Source of the DNA: a virus
Strand: one strand, 5' to 3'
Length of the DNA stretch: 64,000 nucleotides
Virus record (IMG/VR): IMGVR_UViG_3300049844_000277
Span: 36,520 to 100,519 of that record
Numbering within the stretch: position 1 is the first letter of the stretch; the number at the start of each line of letters is the position of its first letter. Made by a program: the position numbers and the translations under genes. Under the pieces are notes generated by a model. It saw nothing but the letters and a program-made list of their open reading frames with translations, did no database searches and was not told the origin of the DNA. This document shows, piece after piece, positions 18,301-25,430 of this stretch.

Positions 18301-20887
18301 CGATGAGTATGTCGTGAGGCATAACCTTCATGCCCTTCTTCACGACACCATTGGGGTCAAGCTTACGATACTGCTCTGCGGTATACTTCGACCCGTAGTA
18401 CTGCTGATGGATATCCCTGCCAACCTTGGAGTCGCGATCTACTTCAACAACTTCCTTGTACATATGCTCTGACGTTAACTTCTCGGCGGCGCCAGAGGAG
18501 ATAACGACGGCATCGTTGGAGTTCATTCCGTAATACGGAACGTACCCTACCGTCATATTCGTACCGAGAGCGAAGGAACCGTTGCGGGTAAAATTAGACT
18601 CCGCGAGCGGCTGATCCGCTTCTACCTTATCACCAGGCTTCACCAGAATGTCGTGATGAAGGTGTGTCTTAGATGCGAACGGAAAATTATTCTCGTATGG
18701 AACCCGAATCAAATCTTTCTCAGCAGCTACCTTTTCCCGATTACGCTCGGAGAGGTAGTCCTCTTTAAACTCATCCCAGGTATACTCATCCATGGAACCG
18801 TAGCCCCAAGGAGGACCGTGCTTCTCGTAAGCGCTTTTAGCGGCCTCTTTGGAATCGAAGCCAAGCATGCACTTGTCTTCGTCGTGAGACCCATCCTTCT
18901 TGCGCTGATGTACGACGTAAACATTATCGAAAGAACCATCTTCCTTCAGATAAACGTCGACCGTTTCACCGTCGTCGCCGACGGTCTTAGGAATGTGTCC
19001 GTAGGCCACGGACATCTTCTTTTCCCACTTCTCTCCTTCGGCGTTAGTGCCGGTACGAATATCTCCCGGTTCAAGCTCAATCTTAACGAGCACACCTTGA
19101 ACAGTCTTTTGACGCTTGACCGCCCCGCCTCGTTTCTCGAAAGCGCTCTTCTCGCTTAAGAAATCTTCAGCGTGCTTCTTTCCGCTAGGGTCGATGTAGA
19201 TGTATTGCCCATCAACCTTCACTACTTTGCCCGCTACAGGTGCCGTAGGAAGAACCAGCCCCGCGAGCTCCTTCTCCCAGCTTGAATGCTCAACACCCTT
19301 CTCAGTCAACTTATTGGCGGCTGATTGTACAAGAGGTGCTTCGCGATGAACGAGAGGAAGGGCTTGTGTTTGAACCTTACCACCCATGATGGCACGGTTC
19401 CCCTGCATCGACTCAAGGAACGGGACAAGGTTAGTTGCCGGAGAATACAACTGAGCCACGTCGTACAACTGGTGAGTCACCTTTGCCGCTGGTACGTGCT
19501 CCAACTGCCCTTTGTTCATTGCGGTGACCATTCCCGTAAGCTTTTGCTTAGGGAACGCCACGACCGCCTCGGACATTTGAGCCGCAGACAGCATCTCATA
19601 CTTACCGGACTTAATGTTCTTAGCTGCGGTGTAGAGATTTCCCGTAGCATCCCGGTGCGCCATCATCGCCGTGCGAATATCAATACCAGCGCGGAAGGAC
19701 TCAGACGTACGAACGGGGTCCAGTATCCCTAGATGACTCGAATGAATAGTACGCGCTTCAGCGGGAATCGCGCGCTCATTCGGAATACCTCCTTCGCCGA
19801 GAGATGTAACACGCACAGCGTGGTCGATGGCCTCCATCGGGTTGATGTGCGTGGGAATCGAGCTCAGTTGTGAACCCGTAAGAAAACTTCGGATGCCGGG
19901 CGAAAAGGGCGACGAAGGAAGAATCGCACGGAGTTCAGTCTTATGTGTTGCGCGACCCTTTACCTTATTTGCCAGGGCACGTGCATCCAGCGTTATACGT
20001 TCCTTGATAAAATCGTCTACCGAATGATACGTCTTGAAACGTAAAGCGTCACGATCATCAGTATCCGCATTATCCCGGTACACCTGTAATAGCCGCTTCG
20101 ACGCAACGAGTAGTGCCTGCGGCGTAACCGATGAAAAAGCGTGCCCCAAGGTTTGTTGGTTAACCTCGGGATCCATAGACGTAACAGCGTAAGCTGCTCG
20201 AATAGCATCAAGCTGTGTCTCAGGATTAGTCGCAGCACGTTTAGCCGGATGCACTACTTTCTCGTAAAGCTTATTCAAATGCTTATCGTGCTTACCTTCG
20301 AAAGCCGCCTCATTTTGATGAGCGACATCCGAGCCCCAATGAGTAGAAATATCAGCGTGCGGAACGCCTAATTTTCGAAGTACGGGGTAAAGCGGAATAG
20401 ATGTCGTCCCATACTCGATGTATGGATGTCCTTGGGCAGGGTCTAACGAAAGTCGAAAATTGGTTCCCTTCGACAAGTTAAAGGCGGCCTCTAGTTCCTC
20501 ATTTCCACGTCGCCGCGTATAGACGCCAGGCTTGAGCCGAAGTTGATTTGATACGTTGTACTCGTTACCGTCCAAAATAAAAGTATGCCGTCCTGTGAAA
20601 TAAGGAAGACTCAATAACGTAAAGTTCTTAACTTTCTCAACTTCTTTACCGGAAGCATCACGTAGTGTGACGGTTCCTTTTATCGGCTCAGAAAGAGAAC
20701 CACCGCTCAATAGCGCGTGCTTTTGATCGTTTGGGCCAAAGTCCTTTTCATGGACCTTCAGGTCACTGACCTCAATACTCTTATCCCGCAATGTCAGTGG
20801 AAAAGCGTTTCGCAACGCATCGAGCGCCTTTGCACGAATTTGAACTCGACGGGACTCGGCATCGGTAAGCACGGGAGTGAGCGACAT
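12377..20887 (-). CDS. rpoBC: Fused DNA-directed RNA polymerase beta subunit plus beta' N-terminal half (2836 aa), interrupted by three LAGLIDADG inteins
   Basis: Beta motifs: N-terminal GTFILDGNEYNVSNQLRLKPGVY; VTSLGEGGIPNERAIPAEARTIHSSHLGILDPVRTSESFRAGIDI; FLESMQGNRAIMGGKVQTQALP; NMTVGYVPYYGMNSNDAVVIS; MRVGDKL/TGRHGNKGVVS split by an intein; LETCVAKVAKKIG; GTGAYDVNQQPIKGGD...GKMEFNALVAH. From about aa 1500 come beta' motifs: GHIELAEPVVNPVF; LPVLPPIMRPILP; SNYLYQSAI; NRAPTLHRYGFIGAHAVPVAGKTIRVNP; NADYDGN/TFQIHVP split by an intein. The ORF ends about 90 aa after the catalytic loop. Confidence 0.9.
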   Translation of the reverse strand: MSLTPVLTDAESRRVQIRAKALDALRNAFPLTLRDKSIEVSDLKVHEKDFGPNDQKHALLSGGSLSEPIKGTVTLRDASGKEVEKVKNFTLLSLPYFTGRHTFILDGNEYNVSNQLRLKPGVYTRRRGNEELEAAFNLSKGTNFRLSLDPAQGHPYIEYGTTSIPLYPVLRKLGVPHADISTHWGSDVAHQNEAAFEGKHDKHLNKLYEKVVHPAKRAATNPETQLDAIRAAYAVTSMDPEVNQQTLGHAFSSVTPQALLVASKRLLQVYRDNADTDDRDALRFKTYHSVDDFIKERITLDARALANKVKGRATHKTELRAILPSSPFSPGIRSFLTGSQLSSIPTHINPMEAIDHAVRVTSLGEGGIPNERAIPAEARTIHSSHLGILDPVRTSESFRAGIDIRTAMMAHRDATGNLYTAAKNIKSGKYEMLSAAQMSEAVVAFPKQKLTGMVTAMNKGQLEHVPAAKVTHQLYDVAQLYSPATNLVPFLESMQGNRAIMGGKVQTQALPLVHREAPLVQSAANKLTEKGVEHSSWEKELAGLVLPTAPVAGKVVKVDGQYIYIDPSGKKHAEDFLSEKSAFEKRGGAVKRQKTVQGVLVKIELEPGDIRTGTNAEGEKWEKKMSVAYGHIPKTVGDDGETVDVYLKEDGSFDNVYVVHQRKKDGSHDEDKCMLGFDSKEAAKSAYEKHGPPWGYGSMDEYTWDEFKEDYLSERNREKVAAEKDLIRVPYENNFPFASKTHLHHDILVKPGDKVEADQPLAESNFTRNGSFALGTNMTVGYVPYYGMNSNDAVVISSGAAEKLTSEHMYKEVVEVDRDSKVGRDIHQQYYGSKYTAEQYRKLDPNGVVKKGMKVMPHDILIAGVTRGKLSASDALLGNLKKTLVTPYRELVRTWDHDFEGEVMDVYVTDKRVVVTVKTREPMRVGDKLCYDAETEVLTWEGWKPIADVRITDKICTLQNGENIEYLEPDAIHSYPEGGRMYRIESQQVDLFVTDGHHMYVQPRNEKSFQLLPAYEIAGKRVSYKKDGIWVGHSPESFVFDSITVRAGQGGRGLRVLDDKALPTKTLAALLGAFLSEGNLITIEESGTYGIEITQINQPNRKQLEKFLREEGILFTDTGDKVRIHSKQYWQYFKQFGKSYEKFIPLEVFAWSRADQETLFNWLMWGDGHTKNGQPICYKTTSKRLADDVQRLALHIGKAANVSLAKAEGYQTIKGKDFWCRDYWQVRIINSKLTPTVNHGHIKRQKGQVECFVDSYKSPVYCVTVPGHVLYVRRNGKSVWCGNTGRHGNKGVVSLIVPDHKMLQDETGKPIEVLYTSAGVISRINPSQILETCVAKVAKKIGKPIVVENFSGRDNVQWAKDLLKEHKVKDKETLIDPVSGKKIPGILVGPQYVLRLFKTTETNYAARGTGAYDVNQQPIKGGDEGAKAVGKMEFNALVAHNARNVLRETAAIKSQKNDEFWRAIQLGLPLPPLKSSFVYDKFIGMLHGAGVKVDSRGSISTLSPLTDKDILRMSSGEVQNEKLVRAKDLAAERGGLFDPAVTGGTTGTRWSHIELAEPVVNPVFADPARRLLGMTAKDFDQYHHTNGGAAVKKKLNAIDVKARIAELRNSIKSLSGTKLDDAVKQLKFLEALNRQELKPGDAYVLSKLPVLPPIMRPILPGKSGSELVVGDSNYLYQSAILHNQSLRKQIESPILPPDEQAKLRQNLFHAVGAVIGTHESDNPKLQKRNVKGFLEHITGKTTPKCYDDQTDILTEKGWVRFSKYTGKTRVATVNLDTREFEWQKPTALVSMPFDGDLIHTRSRELDLCVTPNHEHVVSYRRKRVSNGKALYVWTPWEKVRADTFIGTDRRRVMVSAEEWEGTFPELVFAGDTCEVSTDNKKRRTANLVGTFTPDPLAFAEFVGWWIAEGWISTTGTQVSLCQAATSPHVRAVDLCFKKLDIPFVRKTYTRKDGYQVIWWTIRLRSLADWLTHHCGRGCESKHLSSDILAWPSAMLEGLLRGYLRGDGTLHPSLAKNVKNPKTHYRRKPLSAHAGTASLQLIDDLQHLAAKIGYQVIFRGICPPVKDHHLPHYLFSVRGFSDVTIESGSFTEAYPYKGTVYCVTVPNGTVVVRRNGKPSVSGNSSFFQKRIMKRQQDISGRGTIAPDGSLSMDEIGIPIDMLWGMYGKFIISRLIRRGFGAIQAKEMLEKKHPAAHDALMAEIKERPVMVNRAPTLHRYGFIGAHAVPVAGKTIRVNPFAELGFNADYDGNCFLGSTKVVLTAEGAACKALLGDEAKETAMKFAAETRVCWTSAVQALVEAELQEIPHAEEPYSIDKNGARSYAVPEGFRVLSYDHSASKSVMSPVTGLTIEDGCEVAKVEMRRGLSVTASTNESLCIYNHETGQIEATAPSDSVGKLAPVVRHLPLTGSQGDFEFGWMVGAFLSDGFLLGETDHYFGYTKVSDVHRERFAAAVNAFEGKLIKRNTYREVHDASNGITGQSIKDHFSGAQKCVELFKTCYLDERVPGRSCLSKRVPAFGDWSEEARWGVLIGMLNGDGTLTVSAGKAKLQVMAALHTSSAALAASLRFLLQTIGVRCSVSEAYPKEGRLQKAVAYTIPISTVDLQRNVSWLRRGIWNNSKSLEALNLLEADELVDQVDIVPVPKNLMTLASSRTGPCAEDSSFCASLATLRSKRKEAPYVTRQNARRMLHFFRTAKTPDVDAWARIVENVGITWDLVESVEVLRKETVYDLIVPDTQIFAVNDGLVVWDTFQIHVPVLKPAIDEVKGMTLSNLLFSDREKDSLMVAPRMEAMLGVHLASKAESSANDKVRHFKNREEALAAYKRGEITLNTRVEVGT
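12644..14137 (-). mobile_element. Intein 3 (about 498 aa, LAGLIDADG type) inserted in the catalytic NADFDGD Mg-binding loop of beta'
   Basis: Sequence NADYDGN-CFLGSTKVVL...FGWMVGAFLSDGFLLG...WGVLIGMLNGDGTLT...VYDLIVPDTQIFAVNDGLVVWD-TFQIHVPV. The flanks align with the bacterial NADFDGDQMAVHVP. The C-terminal residue appears to be Asp with Thr at +1; the exact boundary is uncertain. Confidence 0.7.
14522..15655 (-). mobile_element. Intein 2 (378 aa, LAGLIDADG type) in RNAP beta' N-terminal region
   Basis: Starts CYDDQTDILTEKGW. Motifs FVGWWIAEGW and LLRGYLRGDGTL. Ends YCVTVPNGTVVVRRNGKPSVSGN followed by Ser. Excision gives ...ITGKTTPK-SSFFQKRIMKRQQDISGRGTI, aligning with the bacterial [24 protein letters not shown]. 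Confidence 0.75.
17039..18100 (-). mobile_element. Intein 1 (354 aa, LAGLIDADG homing-endonuclease type) in RNAP beta between GDKL and TGRHGNKG
   Basis: Starts CYDAETEVLTWEGW (block A-like). LAGLIDADG-like motifs LLGAFLSEGNL and FNWLMWGDGHT. Ends ...YCVTVPGHVLYVRRNGKSVWCGN followed by Thr. Excising it restores GDKL-TGRHGNKGV, matching the bacterial GDKMAGRHGNKGV. Boundaries verified on the DNA. Confidence 0.8.
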
Positions 20888-21053
20888 GTTCGTAAGTATA
20901 GACCCTTATTTTGGTATCAGTATATGAGTCACATGCTGTGGCTCATAGAGGGAAGTACCATCACCACCACCAGAGGGGAAGTACAGTGAAAGTGGCAAGG
21001 GTACAGAAGAGGGGTGTAGTAAAAGTAACAACGAGAAAGGAAGTGAGGGCGAG

Positions 21054-21725
21054 ATGTTCCGACAGGAACTAAAGCTCCCCCTCCCCCCAATCCCGTTGCT
21101 ACGGGAAGCGCTCATCTGCGCCGTGGATGACCCTCGAAGATGGGGACAGCCAGGAACTCCGGGTGAAACAATGCCCGAAGCCAAGCAGATGAACATTCTC
21201 GCAGAAATCGCCGCCGACCTCTGCAGGGGTACGCGGTGTTTCTTCTGCGGGAGACAGCAACCGGAGACTCCTCTCGAGGATGTATACCGGTTCAATCCCA
21301 ACACCCCGCTGTGCGAATGTCTTACGCCGTATAGGCGTATGGCGTTCGATTACATCGAGGGATGGGATTGTGAGGAAGGGAAGAAGTCCATCCTCACGCA
21401 AGTGGAGAAGGGAACGATGGACCCGCAGACAAAAGTCTATCAGTATATCTGTAAGTGCGGGACGTTGGCGGTAGTCACCGCTAAAACGCTCGCGAGTGGG
21501 TTGCGAACCTATCAAAAGCACAAGAGACGTAACTTGTGCGATAGGTGCTACAAAGAGCAGGGTAGAAAGCTGGCCGCAGCTATGGTTATGGCTGCGAGGT
21601 CCAAGCATGGGGCGGAGCAAGGTCCGCATGCTAAAATTAATAAAACACCCACCCTACTGAAACCATCAGTAGATACCACAAACATAGTTGTAAATGCACC
21701 GGGGGTAGTAATCCCTCAGTGCTAG
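21054..21725 (+). CDS. Cys-rich hypothetical protein (223 aa) with several CxxC pairs (zinc-ribbon-like)
   Basis: CFFCGRQ, CECLTPY, CKCGT, CDRCYKEQ. Sits in the gap between two minus-strand genes; preferred over the antisense 176-aa ORF. Confidence 0.35.
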   Translation: MFRQELKLPLPPIPLLREALICAVDDPRRWGQPGTPGETMPEAKQMNILAEIAADLCRGTRCFFCGRQQPETPLEDVYRFNPNTPLCECLTPYRRMAFDYIEGWDCEEGKKSILTQVEKGTMDPQTKVYQYICKCGTLAVVTAKTLASGLRTYQKHKRRNLCDRCYKEQGRKLAAAMVMAARSKHGAEQGPHAKINKTPTLLKPSVDTTNIVVNAPGVVIPQC

Positions 21726-21845
21726 AAGGGACCGGTACTTGAACATCAAGTACGTCGCTTTGGTCGCCCTGATTCTGCTCGGGGTTTAAGGCCAAGGCAG
21801 CTCTCTCGTGGGAGGTATCTCTCACGAGAGAGTCTTGGTCTTGTT

Positions 21846-22343
21846 TCAAATATCAGGCTCTGGCGCAGTCCCGTCTACGCGAGGTTCCGGCTTCTTTTTT
21901 TTCGTCGGAATCTTCTCATACCAGCGTAACGAGATAATTACAGAACCATCCTTCTGCGGAATCTCTTGCTCCGAACCAAAGAGCATCTTACCCGCCAGAA
22001 TCGCATTGATTGTCTCTTCGTACTCAGGACGAGTTACGTGCGGGCACTCGTAATCGCCTGTGTCCGGTAAATTCGCTGCGCCAGAAGCGAAATCATTTCC
22101 GCAGCGGGAGCACGATTCCCATGGGCGGAAAATAGTAAACACTTTACGATGAATCTTGAAGTCATACGCCGTAACTCCGGCTATACCATCGGCCTCTGTA
22201 TCTATGACGCGATGCTTGTCGTTAAATGGTAACGGAAAACCATCTGGAAGGTCTCTTCCACGCTCATCAGGCTCAGATGGCCCCTGCATCGCGGCGCTGA
22301 GTACAGATGCGAAGTCAGAACCTACTTCAGCTTTTAACGGCAT
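21846..22343 (-). CDS. Hypothetical protein (165 aa), acidic, with CSRC...C motif
   Basis: Intact ORF directly downstream of the portal-like gene on the same strand. Confidence 0.45.
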   Translation of the reverse strand: MPLKAEVGSDFASVLSAAMQGPSEPDERGRDLPDGFPLPFNDKHRVIDTEADGIAGVTAYDFKIHRKVFTIFRPWESCSRCGNDFASGAANLPDTGDYECPHVTRPEYEETINAILAGKMLFGSEQEIPQKDGSVIISLRWYEKIPTKKKKPEPRVDGTAPEPDI

Positions 22344-22362
22344 TAATCACTCCCGAAGATAT

Positions 22363-25300
22363 TTATACAGGCTGATTTTGTTGCGCCATTTGCGCCTTCG
22401 CCTGCTGTCCTTGTTGGTTCTGAAGATCTTCCAGGCGTTGAATGACAACCGCATGCATCACAGCGTCTTCCTTACTTAAGCTATCCAACTGTGAACGCCT
22501 AGAACCAACATCCAGCCCCATGAGCTGCTGCACTATCTGGTCAGCCTGCGCGATGACCGCCTGCTGGTCGTAGTTGAGCCCAGGAGTACCTTGAGCCTGT
22601 AGCTGAACCTGCTGGGACAAGTTATTCTGTAGTTTTCGTAGCTCATTCTGGACGCGCTGATTGTGCCGCGCCTCATCAAGAGTTTCTTGTAGACGCTTCT
22701 CTCGTTCTGCGTCCAAATCAATGTCGAGTCGCTCTAGTATGGTAGTCATTGAGACGTACGAGGGACCCGCTTGCCCGGTAGCCATGCTGAGCAGTAATTG
22801 TTTAGACTCAGTGTCATCGACCATCTTCAAAGGCGTAAGTTTCGCCTCTATCTTCTCCCAGCCAAGATACCGGGACATCTGGTCGCTGTACCACTGTAGT
22901 AGGTCATTCATATCATCCGCGTGCCCTTGCGTTTGATTCTGAATGAGCCGGAGAGTTGCCTCCATGCCTGCTTTAGTTAGTCCACCGTAGAGGAACTCCT
23001 GCGGAATACCTAACGCAGCCATAATGCTCTTCTCAGCTTCTTGAAGCTCACCGAGCGTTAACATCGCCCGTCCATCGCCACCAAGATTGGATACACCAAG
23101 AGCTACTGGTGCCATCATTATGTGTAAGGGGTCACGTCGCCAGCGACGAATATTTTGTTTCATTTCATCTTGCCAACGCGCAAGAGAAATCATTTGCGTA
23201 AAATCTTGCTGTCCGTTTTGTGCGGGATGCAAGATACGCATTGGCACGACGTGCTCCAGCGCGATCGAATTTTTAGTAGCCCCACCCGCGATACAAAACG
23301 TGGAATCCTCCGCGATCTTGAAGTCAATGTATTGTTCCTCTTCCGACTCCTCTACCACGCTCACTCTCGCCGCAAAATAATCTTTCCAGAAAAAGCCACT
23401 CTTGCCGATGGTAATCTCTTCCGCATCCTCCCAATTCCATAGCGCGTAAAGCCGCTCTTGGGACGCACCGCTAACCCGTACGTGGTAACTCGGTCCGTTT
23501 GGGGTAATAACACGCCCATCAGCAAGCGCGTGAATCGGGGTAATGTGCTCACGAATCGTCGCAATACATCCTACGTGAAGGAGCATACGGTAAACATCAT
23601 ACGCAAGGCCCGCACTGGAGGTGGCGAGAGTATCTTGCCCTTCCCGCGTGTGACCATCCGCCTCCCAGAGACCTTTCAAGAATGCGAGCTTTACAGAATC
23701 CGGCGCATGAAATACTTCCGAAGGAACGCGCTTAACGCGCGCGGTTCCCGGAACCATGCCCTTGATGAGAGCCTTCACAATCACATCACACAAGGTAACC
23801 ATGCTACAGTTACCTCTCTGATTGTATCCACCGCACTCCAAGCCAAACTCTCGCCGAATTGCTTCCCGGAGGGGCTCTTCCGTCTTACTGCCCATCGCAA
23901 TCATAACGGTACGCTGGTTACAGGAACCATTTCCAACGTAATGCCCGAGGATATACGCGAAGTCCTCTGTCATCGGGCGCGTCGCGGGGAGGCGTTTTGG
24001 AACGGACCCTTCTTTCAGCTTCCTACGCGCAATCTTCCCAGGGACTCCCTTCACATGCTCACCGGCGCTCTCCGCCTCAAACGCCTGCGCGGAGGGTAAT
24101 GACATCGCGCTGTAAACGTAATTCTCGGTGTTCGCGAAACCGGTGTACTTAGCAACATCTACCTGCTGCGGCTCCGACGGAATTGTCCGGGGGTAGAGGA
24201 TATAATCACCCTTCTCGAACTGTTCCGCGGGACACATCACCTCTTCGTACAAATGCGGATTCTGAAGAATCTCCGACGACGTCTGCTTGTCTTTCGTATC
24301 CGACCGACGTGCGTCGCTTGTCCGTCGAAGGGTAAGGATGGGATGGTGCGGGGAAAATACCCCGCTGAGATGCCGAAGCCCCGAAAGCGTAATACGGCAT
24401 CCGATTTCATCATCCTTCGCATCCCGATACCACTTCTGCTCGACTGGACGCCACCGCCCGAGGTGTGTTCTCACCAAGTCGCCAACACGTACATCATCCG
24501 CGGGCACGAGACCGGTAGACGTCTCAATGAGTGTATCGAGACTGACGCACTCGTTCGCCTTCCTTAGCGTCATGGTGTAGAGGAAGAGCTTGATTGTCGA
24601 CGCAAGCGGAGGAAATCCCCACTGCTGGTCAATACCCGAAGGACTTGGAACCTTGATATGAAAAAGAGCGTCCTTCTCAAAACGAAACGTCTTGTTGTCT
24701 CGAATGTTTTCCAAGAACTCCATAGGCATCGAATTAATAAGATGCTTTGACCCCGATTTAACTTGGTCCTTAACGTCCTGCGGGATGTTATAGTAGTATA
24801 CAGATTGTCCCGTAATCGGATTGTAATCTATATCCATTAGCTTGGGATCCCACCGAATAATATGGACCCGGCTAGCAGCTAGAATCTTACGGTCAACGAC
24901 TGTACCACGCACATCTCGCTTGCAATGCAGGCAGTGGTAGGTGAAAGCCAGCGATTTCAGCTCAAACTTGTAATCAGTGTGCTGAATAGCAACGAGTTGC
25001 TGACAACTAGGACACTTCAGACTACGAACGAACGGCTTATAAATTGATGTAAAATGATTGCCATATATGTGCTTATCGAGCGACGCCATGAGAAGCGCAC
25101 TCTTAATCTTCAAAGTTTTTTCAAAAAGACGGCGATAGTTGCGCCGGAGTGCTTCATTCGATGTTCCGTACTCGAGGTCAGTTACGACGAGCTCTCCAAA
25201 TTTACGCAGAGCCGCGTAAACATGTGCACTATTATACATCAAATATTCGCACCATTTAAAGAGATCTTTTAGCTTTCTTGGTACAAAACCCGTTAGGAAG

Positions 25301-25374
25301 TCATGTGCAGGGTTTGGGTGTGAAGCCGCCCGGTCAAAAACGGACATTGTATCAGTGTTAGGAAGGTCAGCCAT
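22363..25374 (-). CDS. Putative portal / head-tail connector-like protein containing an intein (1003 aa precursor, about 576 aa spliced)
   Basis: Extein has the Q-rich C-terminal tail typical of portals (QQVQLQAQ...QQAKAQMAQQNQPV), and the gene sits first in the structural operon. N-extein has a CPSC...HCLHC zinc ribbon. The portal assignment is tentative. Confidence 0.45.
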   Translation of the reverse strand: MADLPNTDTMSVFDRAASHPNPAHDFLTGFVPRKLKDLFKWCEYLMYNSAHVYAALRKFGELVVTDLEYGTSNEALRRNYRRLFEKTLKIKSALLMASLDKHIYGNHFTSIYKPFVRSLKCPSCQQLVAIQHTDYKFELKSLAFTYHCLHCKRDVRGTVVDRKILAASRVHIIRWDPKLMDIDYNPITGQSVYYYNIPQDVKDQVKSGSKHLINSMPMEFLENIRDNKTFRFEKDALFHIKVPSPSGIDQQWGFPPLASTIKLFLYTMTLRKANECVSLDTLIETSTGLVPADDVRVGDLVRTHLGRWRPVEQKWYRDAKDDEIGCRITLSGLRHLSGVFSPHHPILTLRRTSDARRSDTKDKQTSSEILQNPHLYEEVMCPAEQFEKGDYILYPRTIPSEPQQVDVAKYTGFANTENYVYSAMSLPSAQAFEAESAGEHVKGVPGKIARRKLKEGSVPKRLPATRPMTEDFAYILGHYVGNGSCNQRTVMIAMGSKTEEPLREAIRREFGLECGGYNQRGNCSMVTLCDVIVKALIKGMVPGTARVKRVPSEVFHAPDSVKLAFLKGLWEADGHTREGQDTLATSSAGLAYDVYRMLLHVGCIATIREHITPIHALADGRVITPNGPSYHVRVSGASQERLYALWNWEDAEEITIGKSGFFWKDYFAARVSVVEESEEEQYIDFKIAEDSTFCIAGGATKNSIALEHVVPMRILHPAQNGQQDFTQMISLARWQDEMKQNIRRWRRDPLHIMMAPVALGVSNLGGDGRAMLTLGELQEAEKSIMAALGIPQEFLYGGLTKAGMEATLRLIQNQTQGHADDMNDLLQWYSDQMSRYLGWEKIEAKLTPLKMVDDTESKQLLLSMATGQAGPSYVSMTTILERLDIDLDAEREKRLQETLDEARHNQRVQNELRKLQNNLSQQVQLQAQGTPGLNYDQQAVIAQADQIVQQLMGLDVGSRRSQLDSLSKEDAVMHAVVIQRLEDLQNQQGQQAKAQMAQQNQPV
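23269..24549 (-). mobile_element. Intein (427 aa, LAGLIDADG type) in portal-like protein
   Basis: Starts CVSLDTLIETSTG (classic block A). Motifs ILGHYVGNGS and FLKGLWEADGHT. Ends YIDFKIAEDSTFCIAGGATKN followed by Ser. Boundaries verified on the DNA. Confidence 0.75.
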
Positions 25375-25430
25375 TTGCGGCCCTCAGTCGTTCTTGTTTA
25401 CGCATCCTCAGTATAGCCTTTGGAGAAGGC

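Noticed and set aside
21099-21629. 176-aa minus-strand ORF antisense to the Cys-rich 223-aa ORF.
   Set aside because: The plus-strand ORF has paired CxxC motifs and is longer. The antisense frame is Arg/Leu/Ser-rich, typical of shadow ORFs.
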